Part shown: positions 9,841-18,128 of the stretch, piece after piece
Layout of the letters: every line of letters starts with the position of its first letter
Position numbering within the stretch: position 1 is the first letter of the stretch
Assembly (NCBI GenBank): GCA_024277895.1
Contig: JAJRUH010000065.1
Coordinates: 1-56,808 of the forward strand
Source: Bacteroidota bacterium
Lineage (GTDB): Bacteria; Bacteroidota; Bacteroidia; Bacteroidales; JAADGE01
Direction: 5' to 3'
DNA length: 56,808 bases
Program-made: the position numbers and the translations under genes
The notes under the pieces: generated by a model
Database searches by the model: none
What the model was told of the DNA's origin: nothing
The model's input: the letters and a program-made list of their open reading frames with translations, nothing else

Positions 9841-10608
9841 ATGAAAGAAAAAATTAAAAGTCTGTTTTTTAAAATTTGGTATTGGTACATTAGTTCTGCA
9901 GATAAAAATGCGGAAGTTATTTTTATGAATTACGGATATTCAAAGGAAAAAGAAGAACTTAAACTTGACGAAAAAGATAAAAAAAACAGATACTCAATAC
10001 AATTATATAACCTTGTCGCCAAAGGAGTTGATATTACAGAAAAAGATTTATTAGAAGTCGGGTGCGGAAGAGGCGGAGGTCTGTCCTATATTAATCAAAA
10101 TTTGTTACCGAAAAATGTTACGGGTATTGATTTGAATAAAAAAGCAATTCAATTTTGCAATAAATTTTATAAAGATACAAATAGTACATTTATACAGGCA
10201 AATGCACAAAAACTGCCTTTTGAAGACAACTCCTTTGATGTTGTATTAAACGTAGAATCATCACATCGCTATCCGCAACCGGAAGTTTTTTTCAAGGAAG
10301 TTTATCGTGTATTAAAACCCGAAGGATACTTTTTATTTGCCGATTTCAGATATGATTATGAAATTGAAGAGACGGAATTACAATTAAAAAAATCCGGTTT
10401 GAAAATTGAAAAGAAACAAGACATCACTCAAAACGTAGTTAAAGCATTAAAATTTGCAACACCCGACAGAGAAATATTAATAAAAAAAATAGTTCCTAAA
10501 TTACTGCAAAATTTAGCCGGACAATTTGCTGCAATTGCAGGAACTCCGACATATAATAAATTTTTAACTCGTAAATTCATTTACTTTAATTATATTTTAA
10601 AAAAATAA
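9841..10608 (+). CDS. Class I SAM-dependent methyltransferase, resembling mycobacterial lipid O-methyltransferases (Rv2952/Fmt type)
   Basis: FMNYGY, NRYSIQLY, LEVGCGRGGG, VLNVESSHRY, RVLKPEGYFLFADFR. Confidence 0.8.
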   Translation: MKEKIKSLFFKIWYWYISSADKNAEVIFMNYGYSKEKEELKLDEKDKKNRYSIQLYNLVAKGVDITEKDLLEVGCGRGGGLSYINQNLLPKNVTGIDLNKKAIQFCNKFYKDTNSTFIQANAQKLPFEDNSFDVVLNVESSHRYPQPEVFFKEVYRVLKPEGYFLFADFRYDYEIEETELQLKKSGLKIEKKQDITQNVVKALKFATPDREILIKKIVPKLLQNLAGQFAAIAGTPTYNKFLTRKFIYFNYILKK

Positions 10609-10634
10609 ATAGTATTTGAAGTAAAATTTCGATA

Positions 10635-11756
10635 ATGAAAATAACAATAAAAGAAATATCAAGCAAAAATGACCTGCGGGAATTTGTTAAATTTCCCGAT
10701 AAATTATATTCCGACAATATTTACTACATTCCGGCAATACATAAATCAGAATTTAATACACTTAACAAAAATCAAAATCCTGCATTTGAATTTTGTGAAG
10801 CAAAATATTGGCTTGCATATATTAATAATAAAATTGTCGGGAGAATAGCCGGTATAATAAACCATAACTATAATAAAAAAGTTAATAAAAACTATGTACG
10901 CTTCGGATGGTTAGATTTTATTGAAAACAAAAGAGTTCTTCAAAAACTGATTCAAGCTGTTGAAACTTGGGGAAAACAAAATAATGCAGAATTCATCAGC
11001 GGTCCGCTCGGATTTTCATCTTTCGATGCTTCAGGTATATTGATTGAAGGATATAATGAACTGCCCACATCTTTCGGTCATTATAACTTTCCTTACTATC
11101 CTGAATTAATAGAATCATTAGGCTATAAGAAAGATATAGATTGGATTGAATTCAATGTGAAAGTACCAAAATCGGTACCCGAAAATTTTGTCAGAATAAC
11201 TGATATATTAAAAACTAAATATAAACTTCATATTGCTGAACTTAAGAATAAAAAAAGTTTATTAAAATATTCAGACGAAATTTTTAAGCTGTTAAATGAA
11301 GAATATAAAGATCTTTATGCATTTTCACAACTATCTGACAAACAGATTACTGTATTAAAAAAACAATTTATTTCATTTTTAAATCCTGAGTATGTATCAA
11401 TTATTTTAAATAACGAAAATAAAATAATTGCATTCGGAATTACAATACCTTCACTCTCAAAAGCATTACAAAAAGCCAAAGGCAAACTTTTCCCTTTCGG
11501 CTTTATAAGAATAATGTTTGCTTTACGAAAAAATGATACCGCTGATACATTACTCATCGCAATTAAAAAGGACTTCAGAAACAAAGGAGTTCATACAATT
11601 ATCTTTAATGAAATTTTTAAAACCTTTGTTAAAAAAGGAATTACAAATCTTGAAACAACACGAGAATTAGAAAACAATTTTAAAGTACAACAACTTTGGA
11701 GCAGATTTGAGCACAGACAACATAAAAGAGCACGATGTTATATTAAAAAAATATAA
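10635..11756 (+). CDS. YghO-like double-GNAT N-acyltransferase (bacterial ceramide synthase family)
   Basis: NPAFEFCE, GRIAGIIN, RFGWLDF, GPLGFSSFD.SGILIEG, YNFPYYP, KDIDWIE, GKLFPFG. Confidence 0.75.
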   Translation: MKITIKEISSKNDLREFVKFPDKLYSDNIYYIPAIHKSEFNTLNKNQNPAFEFCEAKYWLAYINNKIVGRIAGIINHNYNKKVNKNYVRFGWLDFIENKRVLQKLIQAVETWGKQNNAEFISGPLGFSSFDASGILIEGYNELPTSFGHYNFPYYPELIESLGYKKDIDWIEFNVKVPKSVPENFVRITDILKTKYKLHIAELKNKKSLLKYSDEIFKLLNEEYKDLYAFSQLSDKQITVLKKQFISFLNPEYVSIILNNENKIIAFGITIPSLSKALQKAKGKLFPFGFIRIMFALRKNDTADTLLIAIKKDFRNKGVHTIIFNEIFKTFVKKGITNLETTRELENNFKVQQLWSRFEHRQHKRARCYIKKI

Positions 11757-11758
11757 TT

Positions 11759-12685
11759 ATGAAAAGTATAAAAAAACTATTTACTGATAACAGCATAATA
11801 AACAAAAATTTATTAAAGCAATACAATATTAAGTTGCCAAAAATCAAGAACCGCGAAAAAGTAATACAAGGCGGAAAAAAATTTAAAGGTAAAGTAGTAA
11901 TTATTACCGGAGCATCATCAGGTATAGGAAAATCCTGTGCCTTTGAATTTGCAAAACAAGGTGCAAAAGTTGTTTTGGCAGCACGCAGAGAAAATAAATT
12001 AAAAGAAATTGAAACTGAAATCAAACAACAAGGCGGAGATACATTTGTTGTAAAAACAGATGTCAAAAAAATTGAAGATTGCAAAAATTTAATTAAACAA
12101 ACTGCTGAACATTACGGAAAAATTGATATTCTGATAAATAATGCCGGTATTTCAATGAGAGCAACTTTTGAAGATTTGGATTTATCCGTAATAAAAGAAT
12201 TAATGGATACAAATTTCTATGGTGCAGTATATTGCACAAAATTTGCCCTGCCCTTTTTATTAAAACAAAAAGGAACAGTAATCGGAATCTCCTCAATTAC
12301 CGGTTTAACACCTTTACCCGGAAGAACAGGATATAGTGCCTCAAAACATGCAATGGACGGATTTTTAAATACTCTTCGTCTGGAAAATTTTAAAAAAGGA
12401 CTTAATGTATTAATAGTTCATCCCGGTTTTACAAGTTCCGATATCAGAAATACGGCATTGAATAAAAACGGATTACCGCAAAAAGAGTCTCCGAGAGATG
12501 AAGAAAAAATGATGTCTTCCGAAAGAGTAGCACAAATTATTGCAAAAGCTGCCTATAAACGCGAAAGAGACTTAATTCTTACAAACCAGGGAAAACTTGT
12601 TGTCTGGTTACATAAAAATTTTCCGAGCATAACAGATCGTATCATTATAAACGAAATGGCAAAAGAATCGAACCCGCAGGATTAG
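11759..12685 (+). CDS. Short-chain dehydrogenase/reductase (classical SDR, probably NADP(H))
   Basis: TGASSGIG, AARR, INNAG, catalytic YSASK; about 40-aa N-terminal extension. Confidence 0.9.
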   Translation: MKSIKKLFTDNSIINKNLLKQYNIKLPKIKNREKVIQGGKKFKGKVVIITGASSGIGKSCAFEFAKQGAKVVLAARRENKLKEIETEIKQQGGDTFVVKTDVKKIEDCKNLIKQTAEHYGKIDILINNAGISMRATFEDLDLSVIKELMDTNFYGAVYCTKFALPFLLKQKGTVIGISSITGLTPLPGRTGYSASKHAMDGFLNTLRLENFKKGLNVLIVHPGFTSSDIRNTALNKNGLPQKESPRDEEKMMSSERVAQIIAKAAYKRERDLILTNQGKLVVWLHKNFPSITDRIIINEMAKESNPQD

Positions 12686-12749
12686 ATATTTTTTTTATAA
12701 AAACTGACTTTTAAACAATATTAGTTCAAACCAAGTAAATTTAAACAAA

Positions 12750-15002
12750 ATGAAGAGAATTGCAGAAGCAACGATAAAACTGAGATGGCTGATTATAGCA
12801 ATTGTTACAGTTTTAACCGTATTTTTCGCTTATCAGTTAAAAAACATAACCATTAATTCAGATCTTATCAGTTCATTACCCGATGATGACCCTACGGCAT
12901 TGTTATATAAAAATATCGGAAAAGAATTCGGAGGAAATGATATGGGAATGATAGTGTTGGAAACAGATAACATATTTAAAACCAAAGTTCTGGAAGATAT
13001 AAAACAAATTAGCGACACCTTAAAATACACAGAAGGAATTTCAACCGTAACAAGTTTAACCGATATCATCAACATAAAAAATTCTGACGAAGGAATTGAA
13101 ATCGGAAAACTCATTGATGAATATGAATTACCGACTACACAACCGGAATTAGACAGTTTGAAAAATTATGTGCTTTCAAAAGAAATGTACAAAGGAGCCA
13201 TTGTTTCTGCAGACGGAACTTCTGCCATAGTTATGTTTACTATACTTAACAATACTGATGTTCAGCTAATTGCAAAAAACATAAGAAAAAAAATACAGGC
13301 AATGAACCTGACTGAAAAAATATATTTCGGCGGACTTCCGATGATGATGAATGACATTTCCGATTTAATTATTTCTGATATTATTTGGCTTTTACCCGTT
13401 GTATTTTTACTCATAGCTTTTATACTTTTTCTCAGCTTTAAATCTGTAAGAGGCGTTATTTTACCACTTCTGACTGCCGGAATTTCCGTAATTTGGACAC
13501 TCGGAATAATGGTTCTGTCCGGTTATCAATTAACAATGATTTCCAATCAAATTCCTATTATTTTATTGGCTGTTGGAAGTGCTTATGCAATTCACGTAAT
13601 AAACCGCATTAATCAATGTAAAGAAACCGACAGAAAAAAAGCCGTTATTAAAGCTCTTTCATATATAATAGTTCCGGTAGTACTTGCTGCTGTTACGACC
13701 TCAATCGGTTTTATATCTTTTGTTTTCGGAGCTTATTTAACAATGATAAAAGATTTCGGAATTTTTACTTCTCTCGGAACTCTTTTCGCATTATTACTTG
13801 CAATATTTTTTGTTCCTGCAGTAATTGCAGCCTTTTCAATGTATAAAAAGAAAAAAGAAATCAATGAAAATAAGAAACAAGACTTATTAACAGAAAAATT
13901 TCTTAAACCTCTTGTAAATCTCCTGTTTAAACACCCTAAATATACGCTTACAGCTTGGAGTCTTCTGTTAATATTAAGTATCGGCGGAATGTTTTTAATT
14001 AAAACAAGTGTCAATATGGAAGACTATTTTAAGAAAGGCAATCCTACAAGAGTTTCCGAAGATATATTAAAAGCAAAATTCGGAGGTTCGCAACCTGTTT
14101 TTGTTGTATTCAAAGGCGATATGCAAAATCCTGAAGTATTAAAAACAATGATAAAAACAGAAAAGTATATGAAACAATTTCCGGATATTACAACCACACA
14201 ATCCGTTGCAGACCTTATTGAACAAATGAATGATGTAATGGGCGAAGGAAAGAAAATACCCGATGAACAGGCAAAAATTGAGCAGCTCTGGTTCTTATTG
14301 GATGGACAAGATATTATGTCCCAATTAGTTTCGGAAAATTTAGATAAAGGTATCATACAATCAAAATTTGCATCGAACGACACCAAAGCAATGTCGGATT
14401 TTGTAAAATATATGAATAAATTTATTTCAGAAAATTCAACCGAAAAATGTAAAATTGAAGTTACAGGAATGCCCTCCGTTTACGTAAAAATGAATACAAG
14501 CCTTTTATACAGCCAATTCAGCAGTTTAATAATTGCAATTTTGCTTGTTCTTATTATAGTCGGTTCAATATTAAAATCTCCGATGAAAGGTGTTTATGCA
14601 ATTATCCCGATTATAGCGACAATCTTAATTCTATTCGGATTTATGGGCTTTGCAGGAATTTCTTTAGATATTGCAACAGTGCTTGTAGCAAGCATCGCAC
14701 TCGGTATCGGTATTGACTATTCCATTCACGTTATCACACATTTTAATCACAACTTAAAAGCAACAAATGATGTAAACAAAGCATTGGAAGAAACTATCTT
14801 GGTCAGCGGAAAAGCAATTGTGATAAATGTAATATCGGTTGCCGCAGGTTTCCTTGTGTTACTCTTTTCTCAGATGGTACCCTTACAAAATTTCGGATTA
14901 CTGGTCGCTCTGAGTATGTTCGGTTCAGGTATTGGTGCATTAACATTATTACCTGTTATACTGATACTTGTAAACAGAAAAAGAAAAATAACAGCAAAAT
15001 AA
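12750..15002 (+). CDS. MMPL/RND superfamily lipid transporter
   Basis: 750 aa with two repeats of a periplasmic domain plus TM bundle; GSAYAIH and GIGIDYSIH motifs. Confidence 0.9.
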   Translation: MKRIAEATIKLRWLIIAIVTVLTVFFAYQLKNITINSDLISSLPDDDPTALLYKNIGKEFGGNDMGMIVLETDNIFKTKVLEDIKQISDTLKYTEGISTVTSLTDIINIKNSDEGIEIGKLIDEYELPTTQPELDSLKNYVLSKEMYKGAIVSADGTSAIVMFTILNNTDVQLIAKNIRKKIQAMNLTEKIYFGGLPMMMNDISDLIISDIIWLLPVVFLLIAFILFLSFKSVRGVILPLLTAGISVIWTLGIMVLSGYQLTMISNQIPIILLAVGSAYAIHVINRINQCKETDRKKAVIKALSYIIVPVVLAAVTTSIGFISFVFGAYLTMIKDFGIFTSLGTLFALLLAIFFVPAVIAAFSMYKKKKEINENKKQDLLTEKFLKPLVNLLFKHPKYTLTAWSLLLILSIGGMFLIKTSVNMEDYFKKGNPTRVSEDILKAKFGGSQPVFVVFKGDMQNPEVLKTMIKTEKYMKQFPDITTTQSVADLIEQMNDVMGEGKKIPDEQAKIEQLWFLLDGQDIMSQLVSENLDKGIIQSKFASNDTKAMSDFVKYMNKFISENSTEKCKIEVTGMPSVYVKMNTSLLYSQFSSLIIAILLVLIIVGSILKSPMKGVYAIIPIIATILILFGFMGFAGISLDIATVLVASIALGIGIDYSIHVITHFNHNLKATNDVNKALEETILVSGKAIVINVISVAAGFLVLLFSQMVPLQNFGLLVALSMFGSGIGALTLLPVILILVNRKRKITAK

Positions 15003-15003
15003 A

Positions 15004-15807
15004 ATGAAGTACATAAATATAGAAGATATTATAAAAAACAGCAATTCTGAACTGTTGAAAGGTTTACCTCCGATCGTTATTAAAATATTAACAAAAATAG
15101 TCAGACAAAACGGAATAAACCATATCATTAATAAATATTCAAACTATGAAGGTGTTGCTTTTTTACCCAAAGTAATAGAAGAACTCAACCTTAAAATTAA
15201 GATAAAAGGAAAAGAAAATTTGCCTGAAAACGGAAGATGCTTTTTCGTTGCAAACCATCCTTTCGGTTTAATTGACGGAATAATACTTACAAATACGATA
15301 GGAGAAAAATACGGTAAATTAAAAGCCGTCGGTAATGATGCATTCAAATATATACCTAACTTAAAACCGATAATTGCAAATGTCAATTCTTTTGGCCAAT
15401 GTTCAAGAGAATATATTACCGAATTAGAAAAAGTATATGCTTCAGATTTCCCGATTACACATTTTCCTGCCGGTGTTGTATCGCGAATTAAAAACAGAAA
15501 AGTTCAAGACAAAAATTGGGAAAAAAGTTTTATTAAAAAAGCGATTACAAATCAAAGAAATATTGTTCCGATTAAATTTTCAGGCAGAAATTCAAACCTG
15601 TTTTATGCTGTTTATTTTTTCAGACAAATATTTAATATCAAGACAGATATTGAATTAATATTATTACCGAGAGAAATGTTCAGAAAACGTAATAAAACGA
15701 TTAAGGTCATAATAGGAAAACCAATTTCTTATAAAGTCTTTGATAAAACCTTATCTCATACAGAATGGGCACAAAAAATAAGAAGCCAAGTATATAAATT
15801 AAATTAA
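15004..15807 (+). CDS. PlsC-fold acyltransferase, similar to Bacteroidetes GlsA-type O-acyltransferases
   Basis: NHPFGLIDG (HxxxxD), FPAGVVSR, WEKSFIKKA, GRNSNLFY, LPREMF, GKPISY. Confidence 0.8.
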   Translation: MKYINIEDIIKNSNSELLKGLPPIVIKILTKIVRQNGINHIINKYSNYEGVAFLPKVIEELNLKIKIKGKENLPENGRCFFVANHPFGLIDGIILTNTIGEKYGKLKAVGNDAFKYIPNLKPIIANVNSFGQCSREYITELEKVYASDFPITHFPAGVVSRIKNRKVQDKNWEKSFIKKAITNQRNIVPIKFSGRNSNLFYAVYFFRQIFNIKTDIELILLPREMFRKRNKTIKVIIGKPISYKVFDKTLSHTEWAQKIRSQVYKLN

Positions 15808-15830
15808 TAACATTTAAAATCTCAACAAAA

Positions 15831-16565
15831 ATGAAAACAATTAAATTAGCAGTTTTAGTAAGTGCATTAGTCCTTACAACAGGGTTTACTGCCAATGCAC
15901 AAGATGCAAATACCATCTTACAAAAAGTAGACAATATTATGTATTCGCCAAAAGACATGACCGGCAAATTGGAAATCATTTTAATTAATAAAGCAGGAAA
16001 ACAAAGTATAAGAAAAGCCCTAATAATGCAAAAAGGTGCAGACAAACGTATTTTTCGTTTTACGGCACCTGCGTCACAGGCAGGTATAGCCACACTTTCA
16101 TTGCCTAATAACGTAATGTATTTATATATGCCGGCTTTCGGAAAAGAACGTCGTATTTCATCTTCGGTAAAATCCTCGAAGTTTGCAGGCACCGATTTTG
16201 CTTACGAAGATATGGAAGCAGTAAAATATACCGAAAAATATACGGCAAAATTGTTAAAACCCGAAGGAAACAACTATGTTTTGGAATTAAAGCCCAAATC
16301 CCCCGGATCGTCTTATTCAAAATTAATTCTTAAAGTAAATAAAACAAATTATTATCCTACTTATACCGAATTTTACGATAAAGGAAATCATAAAGTAAAA
16401 ACAGCCGAATACACTTTCAAAAAAATAGGAAAATACTGGAATGCACAAGAAATTATAATGAAAGATTTAAAGAAAAATCATACTACAAAAATGATTTCTT
16501 CAAATGTAAAATATGATACCGGTTTAAGTGATGATGAATTTACCGTAAGAAAATTAAAAATGTAA
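15831..16565 (+). CDS. Outer membrane lipoprotein-sorting protein (LolA-like carrier)
   Basis: Signal peptide; F.APASQAGIATL, LYMPAFGKERRI, FAGTDFAYED. Confidence 0.85.
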   Translation: MKTIKLAVLVSALVLTTGFTANAQDANTILQKVDNIMYSPKDMTGKLEIILINKAGKQSIRKALIMQKGADKRIFRFTAPASQAGIATLSLPNNVMYLYMPAFGKERRISSSVKSSKFAGTDFAYEDMEAVKYTEKYTAKLLKPEGNNYVLELKPKSPGSSYSKLILKVNKTNYYPTYTEFYDKGNHKVKTAEYTFKKIGKYWNAQEIIMKDLKKNHTTKMISSNVKYDTGLSDDEFTVRKLKM

Positions 16566-16640
16566 TAAACTCATATAAGCTCAACTGCGTCATTCTGTTT
16601 TAATTTTATTTAAAAACTCAATAACTAAAAATTTAAAAAA

Positions 16641-18023
16641 ATGAAAGTTTCAAAATTAATACCTGCGGTAATGCTTATATTGTTTATAAGCATAAATGTC
16701 GTGAAAGCACAAGATGACACCGGCAAATTAATACTGTCCGGTGAATTACTTACAGATCAGCGTTTTCTCTTGAAAAACGATAACGATTGGGCTTGGAACG
16801 AAAACCGATTAACATTTAAATCCTATAAAAAAATTACGGAAAATTCTAAATTTTATTCCGAAATTTGGTTAAGAAATATCGGTTTGCCGAATATAAATAC
16901 TTCTGCCGACTTATATAATAAAGGAATTACAGACCCTTACAATTTGGAAATCAGAGAAGCTTATGTGCAATTATACGGTTTTTTAAGTAAAAATTTAGAT
17001 GTGAAAATCGGTCGCCAACGTATAGCTTGGGGAACTGCCGATGAGTTAAATCCTACGGATAATTTAAACCCTTACGACTTAGAAGACATTTTGGATTTCG
17101 GTCGCCACAGAGGTTCGGATGCAGTCAGTTTTAATTATTATTTTAATTCCGATTTTTCGTTACAGGGTGTATATATTCCGCTTTTTCAACCGGCAAATAT
17201 GCCCGTCGGCATTTTCGCAAACGTCTTAAATCCGACCGTAGAGCTGCCGCAAGGATTAACATTAAAAGACTTTTCTGATCAAATTAATATGCCTAAATAC
17301 AATTTAGCCGAAAGTTCTGTGGCAGGTGTAAAATTTAAGGGCTTTGCAGCCGGTTTCGATTTCTCGTTAAGCTATGTTTGGGGTCGCGACGGTTTGCCGG
17401 TTTCAACATATAATACGATTATTCCTGTTGATATGACAGGCGGAGTAAATATTCATTCCGATTTATCGTTTTACAGAACACACATTTTCGGTGCCGATTT
17501 GGCGGGAAGCGTAGGCGGTATCGGAGTATGGGCGGAAGCTGCTGCTTTTTTACCTGAAAATAACGTAAATATGACAACCGATTTATCGGCACTTTATCCT
17601 ATGTCTCCTGTTCCGGTAACTGTTGACACTACAATCCTTAAAAAAGAAGTTTACCTGAAATTCATTCTCGGAGCCGATTATAATTTCGCTGACGGTTCAT
17701 ATCTTAATTTTCAGTATTTACACGGTTTTATTAACGAAAGAGGAAATGATAATTTAAATGATTATTTCTTTATTCGTTTTCAAAAGAAGTTTTTTGAAGA
17801 TAAATTATCAATAGCACCCTTAAGCGGAGGCTTTATAGTTTCCGATTGGAATGATGTGAAAAATAATTATGCAATTATTTATGTTCCTGAAATTTCATAT
17901 ATGGCAACCGATAATGCGGAAATTACACTGTCCTCAGCAATTTTTGACGGAAAAGGCACAAATATATTTGCAAATTTAAAAGACTATAATATGCTTATGC
18001 TGAAATTCAAATACAGTTTTTAA
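16641..18023 (+). CDS. Outer-membrane beta-barrel (DUF1302-like)
   Basis: Signal peptide; IREAYVQL, KIGRQRIAWGTADELNPTD; C-terminal aromatic FKYSF. Confidence 0.7.
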   Translation: MKVSKLIPAVMLILFISINVVKAQDDTGKLILSGELLTDQRFLLKNDNDWAWNENRLTFKSYKKITENSKFYSEIWLRNIGLPNINTSADLYNKGITDPYNLEIREAYVQLYGFLSKNLDVKIGRQRIAWGTADELNPTDNLNPYDLEDILDFGRHRGSDAVSFNYYFNSDFSLQGVYIPLFQPANMPVGIFANVLNPTVELPQGLTLKDFSDQINMPKYNLAESSVAGVKFKGFAAGFDFSLSYVWGRDGLPVSTYNTIIPVDMTGGVNIHSDLSFYRTHIFGADLAGSVGGIGVWAEAAAFLPENNVNMTTDLSALYPMSPVPVTVDTTILKKEVYLKFILGADYNFADGSYLNFQYLHGFINERGNDNLNDYFFIRFQKKFFEDKLSIAPLSGGFIVSDWNDVKNNYAIIYVPEISYMATDNAEITLSSAIFDGKGTNIFANLKDYNMLMLKFKYSF

Positions 18024-18067
18024 ACAGTTCTAATCAACAATTAACGCCCTCATAATCAAGATGTTTT

Positions 18068-18099
18068 AAGCCGTGTTGTATTTTTACAATGCGGTTTTT
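18068..18099. terminator. Intrinsic terminator between convergent genes
   Basis: Stem CCGTGTTGTA/TACAATGCGG followed by a T run. Confidence 0.65.
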
Positions 18100-18128
18100 A
18101 TATCGCAAAATTCAGTATCAATTTGTTA

